From a virus, in IMG/VR virus record IMGVR_UViG_3300045942_000039, positions 1 to 61,030 of that record: a DNA stretch of 61,030 nucleotides; one strand, written 5' to 3'. Below are positions 43,297 to 51,964 of this stretch, one piece after another. Numbering within the stretch: the stretch's first letter is position 1; each line of letters begins with the position of its first letter. The position numbers and the translations under genes were made by a program. The notes under the pieces were generated by a model. The model ran no database searches, had not been told where the DNA came from, and saw only the letters and a list, made by a program, of their open reading frames with translations.

Positions 43297-43311
43297 TGAG
43301 CACAATGCTCA
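43297..43311. promoter_or_regulatory. operator-like palindrome TGAGCA-CAA-TGCTCA
   Basis: perfect 6-bp arms; about 30 nt upstream of the -35 of promoter copy 5. Confidence 0.4.
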
Positions 43312-43331
43312 CCCGACCGGTTACCGGCCCG

Positions 43332-43354
43332 TGAGCAACCGAGACAACTGCTCA
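43332..43354. promoter_or_regulatory. operator-like inverted repeat TGAGCA-N11-TGCTCA
   Basis: same half-sites as 43297..43311; a third half-site CACAATGCTCA lies at 43376..43386. Confidence 0.35.
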
Positions 43355-43383
43355 ACAGAATCCGGCTCGCCGACGCACAATGC

Positions 43384-44034
43384 TCAGCGCCAAGTCATCC
43401 AGATCAGGAACGCGGCGTACGCAATCAAGCAAGTCACGATGAGCCCGACCCACGCCGTCTCCACCCGCCAGAACGCCCGCCAAATGTCGGCGAACGGCCT
43501 GCCCAGCCGGACGAGCTCACTCAACACCGCACGCCGAACCGGCCCTCTACGCGCGCGCGCGCGAGGCGAGACCGACCCCGCGCCGAACTTTTCGCCCATG
43601 GTGTTATCCGTGTCGTGGGGCGGGTAGTGCTTGTCGGGGTGGGGTCCGGGTGCGGGGTTCGGGTTGCGGAGGGTGTTCGTGAGGAGGTTGCGGCGGGTGG
43701 TGGCGAGGTCGGGGGGTGGGGGTGGCGTGTTGATGAGGGTGGGGCGGGTCCAGTGGCCGGCGGGGGGTGCGGGGATGCGGGCGACGCGGGTGCCGCGGGG
43801 GAGGGCGCGTTCGAGTGCGGCAATGGGGCTCTGTCGGCCGAGGGCGAGGAAGTCGCGGAAGACGTCGGCGGGGTGGGGGGCTTCGGGGTCGCGTGAGGCT
43901 TGGGCGATGGTGCGGATGTCGATGGCGGCGGTTTCGGGGTCGCGGTCGGGGTGGAGGATGCGGGCGCGGGCGGTGGCGACGGCGTCGTCGAAGTTGCGTT
44001 GCAGGGCGCGGTACTGCTTGCGGGTGAGGGTCAT
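43384..44034 (-). CDS. Pro-rich protein with C-terminal TM helix (216 aa)
   Basis: ATGA overlap start; WVGLIVTCLIAYAAFLIWMTW. Confidence 0.5.
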   Translation of the reverse strand: MTLTRKQYRALQRNFDDAVATARARILHPDRDPETAAIDIRTIAQASRDPEAPHPADVFRDFLALGRQSPIAALERALPRGTRVARIPAPPAGHWTRPTLINTPPPPPDLATTRRNLLTNTLRNPNPAPGPHPDKHYPPHDTDNTMGEKFGAGSVSPRARARRGPVRRAVLSELVRLGRPFADIWRAFWRVETAWVGLIVTCLIAYAAFLIWMTWR

Positions 44035-44288
44035 CGGGTGGGGCTCTCGGTGTCGATGAGCCGGAGCTCGAGGCGGATCGGGATGTCGGGCGGGAAGTCG
44101 CCGGCGCGGGTTTCGGTGAGCTCGGAGACGGTGTAGGTGTTCATCCCCCCGAAGAGGGAGCCGACGCCGTTGGCAATCGCGAGCTCTCCGTCGACGACGG
44201 TGACGATCAGCTGTTCTCCGTCGATGGAGTCGACGTCGACGGGGCCTTTCGAGGTGTCGGCAACGAGGACGAGGCTGGGGATCTTCAT
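44031..44288 (-). CDS. hypothetical protein (85 aa)
   Basis: ATGA overlap start. Confidence 0.55.
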   Translation of the reverse strand: MKIPSLVLVADTSKGPVDVDSIDGEQLIVTVVDGELAIANGVGSLFGGMNTYTVSELTETRAGDFPPDIPIRLELRLIDTESPTR

Positions 44289-44614
44289 GCGGGGGTTCCG
44301 TTCTGGGAGCGCGGGATGCGGGGCGAGCTTGTTGGGCACGTGTCGAGGTGTCGGTCAAACGCGGATCCGGGCCAGACGTCGCCGTCGATCGAGACGTCGA
44401 CGCCGGGCTGCAGGCCGATCGCGAAGGGGTACTCGCACTTCTCGGGGGAGCAGCCGATCTGCTGGGTGACGATGCGGCGCGCGAGGCGGCGGGCGAGCTC
44501 GTCGAGGAGGAACACGGCGCGGTCCCGCTGGGCGGTTGTCGACCGTGAGGTGAGGCGCGTCTCTTGGGCCTCGGTCTGCAGTTCGGCGTCGGTCATGGTG
44601 TGCAGCTGCTTCAT
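44285..44614 (-). CDS. hypothetical protein (109 aa)
   Basis: ORF track. Confidence 0.55.
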   Translation of the reverse strand: MKQLHTMTDAELQTEAQETRLTSRSTTAQRDRAVFLLDELARRLARRIVTQQIGCSPEKCEYPFAIGLQPGVDVSIDGDVWPGSAFDRHLDTCPTSSPRIPRSQNGTPA

Positions 44615-44895
44615 GCGGGGACTCCCTGATTTGATGTGGCGTTTCTTTCACGGTGGGCTCTGACGCGAGGGCGGCAATCGGCGGTGTTCGCCGCGGTGCA
44701 CTCGGGGCAGTGGCATCCGTAGTTCTTGTAGCCGTTCGCGGTGCCGTGGACGTACGACGGCATGTTCTGGCGGCGGAGCTCGCGACGGTCGGCGCAGTAG
44801 ACGCGGTGGGCGGTCTTGCACGCGGGGCACCCGGTGGCGCCGCGGCATCCTTGGTCGTACCGGCGCTTCGTGCCGTGCGGGGCTAGGTCAATCAC
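44611..44895 (-). CDS. protein with two HGT-x-Y-x-GC-x-C-x2-C repeats (zinc-finger-like; ATG 44919 is an alternative start)
   Basis: HGTKRRYDQGCRGATGCPACK and HGTANGYKNYGCHCPECT. Confidence 0.5.
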   Translation of the reverse strand: MIDLAPHGTKRRYDQGCRGATGCPACKTAHRVYCADRRELRRQNMPSYVHGTANGYKNYGCHCPECTAANTADCRPRVRAHRERNATSNQGVPA

Positions 44896-45220
44896 CGTGC
44901 GCCTCGTGCTGATGAACATGGAGGTCGGCGAACAGCGCGCGCATTCTGGACCATCCACAGGGGCAGGAGACGAAGCCGTAGGTCTCGCCGTCGGCGGTTT
45001 CGTTGCGGTGGTTCGGGTCTTCGTCGTCGTCGGCGGGGTCGCGTTCCCACGTGACCTTTGGCCGCCGCGCGACAAACAGGTACGAGAGGTCTTCGTGCAC
45101 GGCCTGCATCCGCTCGAGGTCGCGGTAGGCGTCCTCGCGGACAACGGTCGACGTGCCGGAGAACGCGACGACGTTGCCGTTGCCGGCTTCGTAGGCGACG
45201 CGGTACTCGAAGTCGCTCAT
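44888..45220 (-). CDS. hypothetical protein (110 aa)
   Basis: ATGA overlap start. Confidence 0.55.
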   Translation of the reverse strand: MSDFEYRVAYEAGNGNVVAFSGTSTVVREDAYRDLERMQAVHEDLSYLFVARRPKVTWERDPADDDEDPNHRNETADGETYGFVSCPCGWSRMRALFADLHVHQHEAHGD

Positions 45221-45330
45221 GCCGGCGCTTCCCATCCGCACTCGGGGCAAGACCACATGGCGACTTCGGTGTCGTCTTCGGCGTCGTACAGGATCGGATC
45301 CGGCTCGCCACAGTTCGGGCACTCAGACAT
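45217..45330 (-). CDS. mini zinc-ribbon protein (37 aa)
   Basis: CPNC-x20-CPEC; overlaps both neighbours. Confidence 0.5.
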   Translation of the reverse strand: MSECPNCGEPDPILYDAEDDTEVAMWSCPECGWEAPA

Positions 45331-45913
45331 CGGCGTTCTCTTTCGTGGTGGGGATGAGGCGGGACAGGGGGCCTTCGTGCTCGCCGGGCGGGCATCCGTA
45401 CGGGCCGCACGAGTGGCCGGGGCGAGGCGGGTCGACTTCGATGAGCCAGTCGCCGGCGATCTGCCAGTCGGTCTTGCGGAGCCCGAGGCCGCCGGTGTGC
45501 GGGATCGGGTCGGCGAGCGCGCGGGGGTTCTCGAGCACAAGGTGGAACTGCCCCATCTCGGACCAGGGCGTGCAGTCGCCATGACATCCGGTGAGCCCGA
45601 AGAGAGGATCGGTCGGGTCGTGCACGTCGACGAGGTCGACGACGCCGATGATGTGCCCGGTCAGCATCCAGGGGGATCCCTTGAGCGGGTCGGTGTTCTG
45701 CTCGGTGTACGCCGCTGCCGCGGTGCGGAACTCGGGGTGGATCCGTGAGGGCGTGGCGACAGCGTCGGTGTCGATCTGGCTCGAGGCGTGGATGAGCACG
45801 GGGCCGCGGTAGGGGCCGAGGCTGCGTGAGCGGTTCTCGACGGTCTTGCCGGCGTGGATGATGCTCCACGCCCACGGCTGGCGGACGGTGAGGATGCGGA
45901 GGTGGTCGGTCAC
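45323..45913 (-). CDS. ASCH (PUA-like) domain protein with Cys/Pro-rich C-terminal extension
   Basis: LTVRQPWAWSIIHAGKTVENRS N-terminal signature. Confidence 0.65.
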   Translation of the reverse strand: MTDHLRILTVRQPWAWSIIHAGKTVENRSRSLGPYRGPVLIHASSQIDTDAVATPSRIHPEFRTAAAAYTEQNTDPLKGSPWMLTGHIIGVVDLVDVHDPTDPLFGLTGCHGDCTPWSEMGQFHLVLENPRALADPIPHTGGLGLRKTDWQIAGDWLIEVDPPRPGHSCGPYGCPPGEHEGPLSRLIPTTKENADV

Positions 45914-45982
45914 GGTCGTTCCTTCGTGCGCGGTGTGCGCCTCTGTGACGCGTTGGGCGTCCTGGTGGAGTGGGAAGAGGTG

Positions 45983-46040
45983 GGCCCCCGATATCTCGCG
46001 AGGACGGGGCGGGGAGCGCCGGGGCGAGGTATCGGGGGCC
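45983..46040 (-). terminator. long imperfect hairpin GGCCCCCGATA...TATCGGGGGCC after metK
   Basis: 11-bp outer stem plus inner CTCGC/GCGAG pairing; 9 nt after the metK stop. Confidence 0.5.
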
Positions 46041-46049
46041 GAGGGTGGA

Positions 46050-47267
46050 TCAGATGAATGCGCGGAGGGTCTCGGCCATGTCGGTGCGCTCCCACGTGAA
46101 GTCGTCGAGCTCGCGGCCGAAGTGGCCGTACGCGGCGGTCTGCTGGTAGATGGGCCGGAGGAGGTCGAGGCGGTCGATGATCGCGGCGGGGCGGAGGTCG
46201 AACGCGTGGGATACGGCGGACGCGATGCGGTCGTCGCTGTGGATGCCGGTGCCGAAGGTGTCGACGTAGAGGCCGACGGGCTCGGCCTTGCCGATCGCGT
46301 AGGCGACCTGCACCTCGGCGCGGCTTGCGAGGTCGGCGGCGACGATGTTCTTCGCGACCCAGCGCATCGCGTAGGCGGCGGAGCGGTCGACCTTGGACGG
46401 ATCCTTCCCGGAGAACGCGCCGCCTCCGTGGCGGCCGACGCCGCCGTACGTGTCGACGATGATCTTCCGGCCGGTCAACCCGGCGTCGCCCATGGGTCCG
46501 CCGACGATGAACGGGCCCGCGGGGTTGACGATGACGCGGACGCCGCCTGTGCGGATGTTGTCGGGCACGTGCTCGGCAAGCACGGGGTCGATGACCTGCG
46601 CCGTGACGAGCTCGGTGAGCTCGCGAATGCTGGTGCCTTCACTGTGCTGCGTCGAGACGACGATCGTGTCGATCGCGTCGATGACGCCGTACGGGTCGAC
46701 GGACACGGTGACCTGCGTCTTCCCGTCGGGGCGGAGCGGGCCAGTGACGCCGAGGCGGTGGCGGACGTCCTCAAGACGCTCGGCGAGGCGGTGCGCGAGG
46801 TACGGCGCGAGGGGGTAGAGCTCGGGGGTCGTGGTGTCGGCGTAGCCGAACATGAGGCCCTGGTCGCCGGCGCCCTGCGCCCCGTACTGGTCGACGTCGA
46901 CGGCCGGCTCGCCGCCGCGGCGCCAGTCGCGGAGCTCGAGCGCGGTGTTCACGCCGCCTGCAATGTCGGGGGACTGCTGGCCGATGGCGACGTTGACGCC
47001 CGCGGTGCGCCCGTCGAAGCCGTACGCGCTCGAGGTGTAGCCGATGCCGGTGACGACCTCGCGGACGATCTGGGGGATCTCGACGTAGGCGGACGTGGTG
47101 ACCTCGCCCATGACGTGCACCTGACCGGTGGTGACGGCGGTCTCGACGGCGACGCGCGCGCCAGGGTCTTGGGCGAGGATCGCGTCGAGGATCGCGTCGC
47201 TGATCTGATCGCACATCTTGTCGGGGTGGCCGCTGGTGACGGACTCGGACGTGAACAGGCGGGTCAT
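46050..47267 (-). CDS. metK: S-adenosylmethionine synthetase
   Basis: 405 aa; [56 protein letters not shown] signatures, full length. Confidence 0.93.
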   Translation of the reverse strand: MTRLFTSESVTSGHPDKMCDQISDAILDAILAQDPGARVAVETAVTTGQVHVMGEVTTSAYVEIPQIVREVVTGIGYTSSAYGFDGRTAGVNVAIGQQSPDIAGGVNTALELRDWRRGGEPAVDVDQYGAQGAGDQGLMFGYADTTTPELYPLAPYLAHRLAERLEDVRHRLGVTGPLRPDGKTQVTVSVDPYGVIDAIDTIVVSTQHSEGTSIRELTELVTAQVIDPVLAEHVPDNIRTGGVRVIVNPAGPFIVGGPMGDAGLTGRKIIVDTYGGVGRHGGGAFSGKDPSKVDRSAAYAMRWVAKNIVAADLASRAEVQVAYAIGKAEPVGLYVDTFGTGIHSDDRIASAVSHAFDLRPAAIIDRLDLLRPIYQQTAAYGHFGRELDDFTWERTDMAETLRAFI

Positions 47268-47605
47268 GCGTTCTCCTGGTGGGTGAGCCCGGGCACGCTT
47301 TCGGCGAGCTCACGGGCGGCGTAGTGGATGGAGGGCCTGGACATCCAGAACGCGACGGCGTCGCGCTGGCGGTCCTCCGGGCCGTGCGGAGGTGTGAGCA
47401 CGATGCCGCGCGCGGGGTGGCGGATGACGCCGGCGTCGTGGCGCGTGCCGTCGGGCATCCAACACGTGACGTCGATGTCGTTGCCTTCGCGGATGAACTC
47501 GAGGCGGACGCCATCGTCGCGGACGTGCGAGGCGAGCAGGTCGACTACGGACGCCGCACGTTGGAACGTGTTCGTCTCAGTCCAGTCGCGGAGCAGGAAC
47601 GTCAT
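47264..47605 (-). CDS. hypothetical protein (113 aa)
   Basis: internal ATG; ATGA overlap with the metK start. Confidence 0.55.
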   Translation of the reverse strand: MTFLLRDWTETNTFQRAASVVDLLASHVRDDGVRLEFIREGNDIDVTCWMPDGTRHDAGVIRHPARGIVLTPPHGPEDRQRDAVAFWMSRPSIHYAARELAESVPGLTHQENA

Positions 47606-48050
47606 GGGCCACCTCCTCCACGAGCTCGGCGAGGATGTCGGCGTCGACGAGAAGCAGCGTGCGCCGGGAGTACCAGCGGGGAGCGGGAGAGTCGGAGAAC
47701 TGGATCTTGTAGACGCGGAGGCCGCTGTCGCGGGTGCGCGAGATGACGTCGACGCGGCCCGTGACGGCCTCGCGGTATCGCTCGGAGTTGGGGTCGTCCC
47801 ACGAGCGGCGGACGACGATCGACCCGATCTCGAGCGGGGGGAACGGCGTGTAGTGCACGACGTGCTCGTCGGGGACACGGATGGTGTCGACGAGATTGCG
47901 GTTGCGGAAGTCTTCCATCTGCAGGGTGACCCACCCCCGCGCGCCGCGGGCCTGGATGAGCCAGCCGACGTACGTGCGGAGGTGGGTCGAGATGACCACT
48001 TCGGTGCCGGGCTCGACGCCGACGAGGTCATGGGCGTGCGCGGTCTTCAT
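47577..48050 (-). CDS. hypothetical protein (157 aa)
   Basis: ORF track. Confidence 0.6.
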   Translation of the reverse strand: MKTAHAHDLVGVEPGTEVVISTHLRTYVGWLIQARGARGWVTLQMEDFRNRNLVDTIRVPDEHVVHYTPFPPLEIGSIVVRRSWDDPNSERYREAVTGRVDVISRTRDSGLRVYKIQFSDSPAPRWYSRRTLLLVDADILAELVEEVAHDVPAPRLD

Positions 48051-48439
48051 CCGTAGATCGTGTCACCGAAGATGGCGGTCTGGACCATGCCGTCGCCGAC
48101 GTCGGAGTCGCCGGCCAGGTCGCCGTCCCGGATCTCGCGGATCCACCAGTCGGGCCCGTACTTCACCGTCCAGGCCATGAGCGCGTCGCGCAGCTGGTCG
48201 TGGGTGAGGGTGAACCAGCGCTCACCCGAGGGGTGGTCGTCCTTGCACTCTTCGCTGAGGCGGATCCGGTAGGTCTCCGCGTCGTCGTCGACTTCCGCGC
48301 GGTCGGCCCAGTAGCGGATGCCGAACCCGGCGCACTCGATGAGGTTGACCATCACGTCTTTCGTGAGGTCGACGTCGATGGTGAACTGCCGCACGGTTGC
48401 GGGCTTGGCTTCGGGCTTTGCAGGCGTGGTGGTGCTCAT
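48047..48439 (-). CDS. hypothetical protein (130 aa), first gene after promoter copy 6
   Basis: ATG after the GAAGGGAC SD; the track start at 48493 lies inside the -10 element. Confidence 0.6.
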   Translation of the reverse strand: MSTTTPAKPEAKPATVRQFTIDVDLTKDVMVNLIECAGFGIRYWADRAEVDDDAETYRIRLSEECKDDHPSGERWFTLTHDQLRDALMAWTVKYGPDWWIREIRDGDLAGDSDVGDGMVQTAIFGDTIYG

Positions 48440-48491
48440 GGTGTGTCCCTTCGTCGCATGCGCCCCGGTGGGGCTGGTGGATGCACGATTC

Positions 48492-48521
48492 ATACTATGG
48501 GGTAAAGCGGGCTGGCGTCGA
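48492..48521 (-). promoter_or_regulatory. conserved phage promoter copy 6 (-35 TCGACG, TTACCCCA, -10 TAGTAT)
   Basis: motif family. Confidence 0.65.
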
Positions 48522-48522
48522 G

Positions 48523-49158
48523 TCAGAGGCGCTCGTAGCTGACGCCTCCCCGGGGGCCGACCTTGACGAGCACGTCGGGGTGGGAGTCGCCGATGTCGGG
48601 GACCGCAGTGGACGAGCGGTAGAGCGCCATCTGCACGTCGTCGGACTGCGCACCGACGAACGACGTCGTCGACTCGACGATCGTGCCAGCGCGGTACTCG
48701 CGGACGGTGACGCCGGCGCGGCCGTCGCGGATCGCGGCGACAAGCTCGCGGCCCTCCTGGATCGACCCGAGAACGAACGGGGTCTCATTGATGGTCGACA
48801 GGCTGGGCGCGTAGGCGTAGCCGAAGTAGCGCTCTTCGACGAGCACGTCAGCGTCCGGTGCTTCGGCGCCGGGCGGGGCCACCAGCGTCGTCCCGTGCTC
48901 AGAGATCACTTCGACGGATGCCGTGAAGTCGTGGAGGTAGACGTGCAGCGTGTAGGTGCCGTCGGCGTTGCGAACGCCGTGCACGGTGCCGATGGTGTTC
49001 TTCGTGTCGTCGTCGAAGTCGACGCGGCCGAAGTCGTCGGGCTCGGCGGCGCGGGTGCCGCCTGTTCCCGCGCGCCACTCGTCGCCGCGGCGGCCAACCC
49101 AGATCAGGGGCTCGGCGCGCTCGCCCGTGTCGTACGGGGTGCGGTTGCTGGTGTTCAT
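48523..49158 (-). CDS. hypothetical protein (211 aa)
   Basis: ATGA overlap start. Confidence 0.55.
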   Translation of the reverse strand: MNTSNRTPYDTGERAEPLIWVGRRGDEWRAGTGGTRAAEPDDFGRVDFDDDTKNTIGTVHGVRNADGTYTLHVYLHDFTASVEVISEHGTTLVAPPGAEAPDADVLVEERYFGYAYAPSLSTINETPFVLGSIQEGRELVAAIRDGRAGVTVREYRAGTIVESTTSFVGAQSDDVQMALYRSSTAVPDIGDSHPDVLVKVGPRGGVSYERL

Positions 49159-49718
49159 CGTTCGGCCTTTCGGGGGAGGGTCTGCAGGGCTGCGCGGAGC
49201 GCGTCGAGACGGTCGGCGGGGATGGTGCGGGCAAGCCAGGCGCTTCCCCACCGGTACCCGGTTTCGGGGCAAACGACGTTGTCGATGCGCCAGCTGGACA
49301 ACGCATTGCTGCGCCCGTAGCGGCCGCGCTCGGGGTTCGCTTCGATGTACGCGTCGATGACCTCGGAGCCGGGGTTGAGCATCTCGGGCGTCATGTGATC
49401 GCACGCCGCGTTGAGCGTGTTCAGGTGGAACTCGGCCCACATGTCTTCGACGACGCGGGCGGCGTTCGGCGCTTTCGGGATGACCCGGTCTTCGGGCGAG
49501 GTCTGCCCAGCGCCTCGCAGATACCGGTCGGCGGCGAGCTCCGGATGCCGCGGGCTCGCGAGCACGGTCCACGAGATCCCGAGCTCGACGGGCCGAGGGC
49601 CCTGGCTGTGGTCGGTGAACGTCGTGCGCTCGAGGTGCTCGGGCTCGCGGATCTCGACGTGCGCCCACACGCGGTGCCCCTCGATGGTCTTCCCGAGGAA
49701 GTAGTCGTTGTCGGTCAT
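49155..49718 (-). CDS. hypothetical protein (187 aa)
   Basis: ATGA overlap start. Confidence 0.55.
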   Translation of the reverse strand: MTDNDYFLGKTIEGHRVWAHVEIREPEHLERTTFTDHSQGPRPVELGISWTVLASPRHPELAADRYLRGAGQTSPEDRVIPKAPNAARVVEDMWAEFHLNTLNAACDHMTPEMLNPGSEVIDAYIEANPERGRYGRSNALSSWRIDNVVCPETGYRWGSAWLARTIPADRLDALRAALQTLPRKAER

Positions 49719-50272
49719 GCTGATGCCTCTCGGATCATGTAGTGCGTGTTCGTGAAGAGGGTGCCGTCGAGCAGGACGTCGAGCGAGTAGCCACTCGGGC
49801 CGACGTTCGACTCGTGGAACGGCCAGACGTCGAACACGAGCCGGTCGTTGTGCACCCACGCCAAAACGATGTCGGCGTCGTCGCGATCGTCAGAGTGGTA
49901 GTTCCGCGACTTGGGCCCCTTGCCGCCCCACTTTTCGAGGAACACGGACGCTTCGGGGTACCTGACGATCGGGACGAGCTCGCCACCCCCGTCGATGCCT
50001 TCGGCCAGGACCGCGTGCAGGGTGACGTCTTCCGGGTACCCGCCGTCTTCGTCGTACACGCTGATGACGTACGTGCGCGGGTCGCCGGCGTTGACCCGGT
50101 CACCGAGTATGCCGTTCGTCATGAGCGCGACGCGCATGGATTCGGCGGCGCCGAGGGCGCGGCCTTGGACCTCAGTGCCGTTGGCGTCGATGCTGAACTT
50201 GGCCGAGTCGCCGTTGCCGAAGACGACCTCGCCGGTGACGGAGATGACGGTGCTGCGAGTGTCGATTGCCAC
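49715..50272 (-). CDS. hypothetical protein (185 aa)
   Basis: ORF track. Confidence 0.6.
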   Translation of the reverse strand: MAIDTRSTVISVTGEVVFGNGDSAKFSIDANGTEVQGRALGAAESMRVALMTNGILGDRVNAGDPRTYVISVYDEDGGYPEDVTLHAVLAEGIDGGGELVPIVRYPEASVFLEKWGGKGPKSRNYHSDDRDDADIVLAWVHNDRLVFDVWPFHESNVGPSGYSLDVLLDGTLFTNTHYMIREASA

Positions 50273-50275
50273 GGC

Positions 50276-50737
50276 TCAGTCCTCCGTCCGGGCGATGCCG
50301 AGCTCGTCGGCGATGTCGATCCACTGGGCCCGCGTCCCGTCGTGCTGCTCGCCGATGTCCGACACGAACCCGAGGTAGCTACCGTGCCGGGAGTTGAGCT
50401 CTTCGGCGATCATCTCGAGGTAGTCGGCGGCGCTGTCCCACTCGTCGTTCGCGCCGAGGAGGGCCATGAGGCGGATCACGGTCTCGCGGGACCGGAGGCC
50501 GTCAGCGCGACGGACGGCGCCGGTGTACCCGGGACGGTCCCGCACGTCGAAGCGCTGCGTCTTCCAGTCGCCGACGCGGAGGCCGTTGGCGTCGAGGATG
50601 CGGTACCCCTCGTCGCCCTTCGGGAGGCCCCGCTGGTTGATTGCTGCCGCGGCGTCGATGAGCGCGGCGGCGACGTCTTCGGGGGTCTTCATAGCATCGT
50701 TGCCGAGGCTGATGCGGAGGTTGAACTCGACGGACAT
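50276..50737 (-). CDS. hypothetical protein (153 aa), first gene after promoter copy 7
   Basis: ORF track; AGGAAGGAAC SD. Confidence 0.6.
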   Translation of the reverse strand: MSVEFNLRISLGNDAMKTPEDVAAALIDAAAAINQRGLPKGDEGYRILDANGLRVGDWKTQRFDVRDRPGYTGAVRRADGLRSRETVIRLMALLGANDEWDSAADYLEMIAEELNSRHGSYLGFVSDIGEQHDGTRAQWIDIADELGIARTED

Positions 50738-50794
50738 GATGTTCCTTCCTGGGCCCGCGCGGTGCGGTTGGTGGTGGCCCGTGTTGATGTTTTT

Positions 50795-50823
50795 ACACTA
50801 TGGGGTAAAACGGCTGGCGTCTA
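50795..50823 (-). promoter_or_regulatory. conserved phage promoter copy 7 (-35 TAGACG, TTACCCCA, -10 TAGTGT)
   Basis: motif family; shares an extra 20 nt (AAAAACATCAACACGG) with copy 8. Confidence 0.65.
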
Positions 50824-51231
50824 TTCGGGATCCTCGACGAGCTTGATGCGCTCGACGAACGGGAGGTTGCCGAGGTAGAGACGGCCGGCAACGTTGTAAC
50901 TGCGGCTGGTCACGTGCGACGTGAAGTGCCCCGATTCGATGCGGGCGGAGACGGTCCAGAGCTCGCCGAGGGACTCGTACTTCCAGGTCACGTCGGTGGC
51001 GCGGGACGACGCGCCGGCGACGATGGCGTCCATGATGCCGGGGCCGTACTGATCGCCGTCGACGTAGGGTCCGTCCTCGGGTGACTGTTCGACTGCGCCT
51101 TCGGGGAGGCGGACTTCGACCGTGACGCCGAGAGACGCGCCGAGGAGCATTCGGAGGGTGGTTGTGTACCGTCGCGCGGTTTCGTCGCCAGACGGGGCGT
51201 GTGGCGCGCGGGGCGGGGTGTTGTCGGTCAT
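50821..51231 (-). CDS. hypothetical protein (136 aa)
   Basis: internal ATG after GAGGAACC SD. Confidence 0.55.
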   Translation of the reverse strand: MTDNTPPRAPHAPSGDETARRYTTTLRMLLGASLGVTVEVRLPEGAVEQSPEDGPYVDGDQYGPGIMDAIVAGASSRATDVTWKYESLGELWTVSARIESGHFTSHVTSRSYNVAGRLYLGNLPFVERIKLVEDPE

Positions 51232-51258
51232 GGTGGTTCCTCTCGGGGCCGGAAATGG

Positions 51259-51302
51259 CACTGCCCCCGGACCGCAGGGGGCGGAGGGGTCCGGGGGCAG
51301 TG
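51259..51302 (-). terminator. hairpin CACTGCCCCCGGACC/GGTCCGGGGGCAGTG after the lipoprotein gene
   Basis: 15-bp perfect stem with a 14-nt loop. Confidence 0.65.
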
Positions 51303-51314
51303 GTCTGAGGGGCG

Positions 51315-51866
51315 TTACTTCGTCGCGAAGATCGCGGCGTCGTACGCGTAGCCGGGGGTGACCTGCAGGGTGAGGTCGGCGGGATCGACGACCGAGTACG
51401 CCTCGATCCACGAGACGCTCTTGCCGGGCAACACGGCGGTCGCGGGGGCGCCTTCGGTCGGCATGTCGTTGCCCGTGTCGAAGATCGAGCCGCCCTCGGC
51501 GCCGCCGGAGGAGAGCGAGGTGAGCACGAGGGGCTGCACGGGCTCATCGGTGCCGTTCGTGAGCGTGATCGTGAAGTAGATCGCGTTCGGGCCGTCGACG
51601 CCGGCGGCATACTCGGTGGGCGTGTACGCGGCGGGCTCGGAGATGGCGATCGCCAGTCCGTCTTCCCACTCGTTCGTTTGGCCGAAGGCGAGGGGCTGGA
51701 AGCCGCCTTCCTCGGCGGCCGGCTCGGCGGTGGCCTCGGCGGTGACCGGGGTGGGGAGCGCGGTGGGCGCGGCGTCGGCGTTCTGCTTGGCGGATCCACC
51801 GGTGCATCCGGCGAGGGTGATGGCGAGGGCGGATGCCGCGAGGAGGGCGACGAGCTTGCGGTTCAT
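51315..51866 (-). CDS. secreted lipoprotein (183 aa)
   Basis: MNRKLVALLAASALAITLAGC signal peptide with LAGC lipobox; beta-rich mature part (DUF4352-like by eye). Confidence 0.75.
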   Translation of the reverse strand: MNRKLVALLAASALAITLAGCTGGSAKQNADAAPTALPTPVTAEATAEPAAEEGGFQPLAFGQTNEWEDGLAIAISEPAAYTPTEYAAGVDGPNAIYFTITLTNGTDEPVQPLVLTSLSSGGAEGGSIFDTGNDMPTEGAPATAVLPGKSVSWIEAYSVVDPADLTLQVTPGYAYDAAIFATK

Positions 51867-51916
51867 GATGGTGCTGCTTTCTGCCCGGTGTGGGCGCTGG
51901 TGGTGCGGTGAGGGGA

Positions 51917-51953
51917 GCCGCCCGGGCTGAATGGGGGAAGCAGCCCGGACGGC
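51917..51953 (-). terminator. hairpin CCGGGCTG/CAGCCCGG (extended by GCCG/CGGC)
   Basis: between the 138-aa gene and the lipoprotein gene. Confidence 0.4.
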
Positions 51954-51964
51954 GGTCGGTGAGG

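Noticed and set aside
48491-48493. ATG embedded in the promoter motif (TAGTATGAA), considered as a leaderless start codon; the same occurs at 848-850, 12080-12082 and 43238-43240.
   Set aside because: The ATG overlaps the -10 hexamer, so it would lie upstream of the transcription start. It is in frame with the downstream gene in only one copy. Every copy has a conserved SD plus start codon 45-55 nt further downstream.
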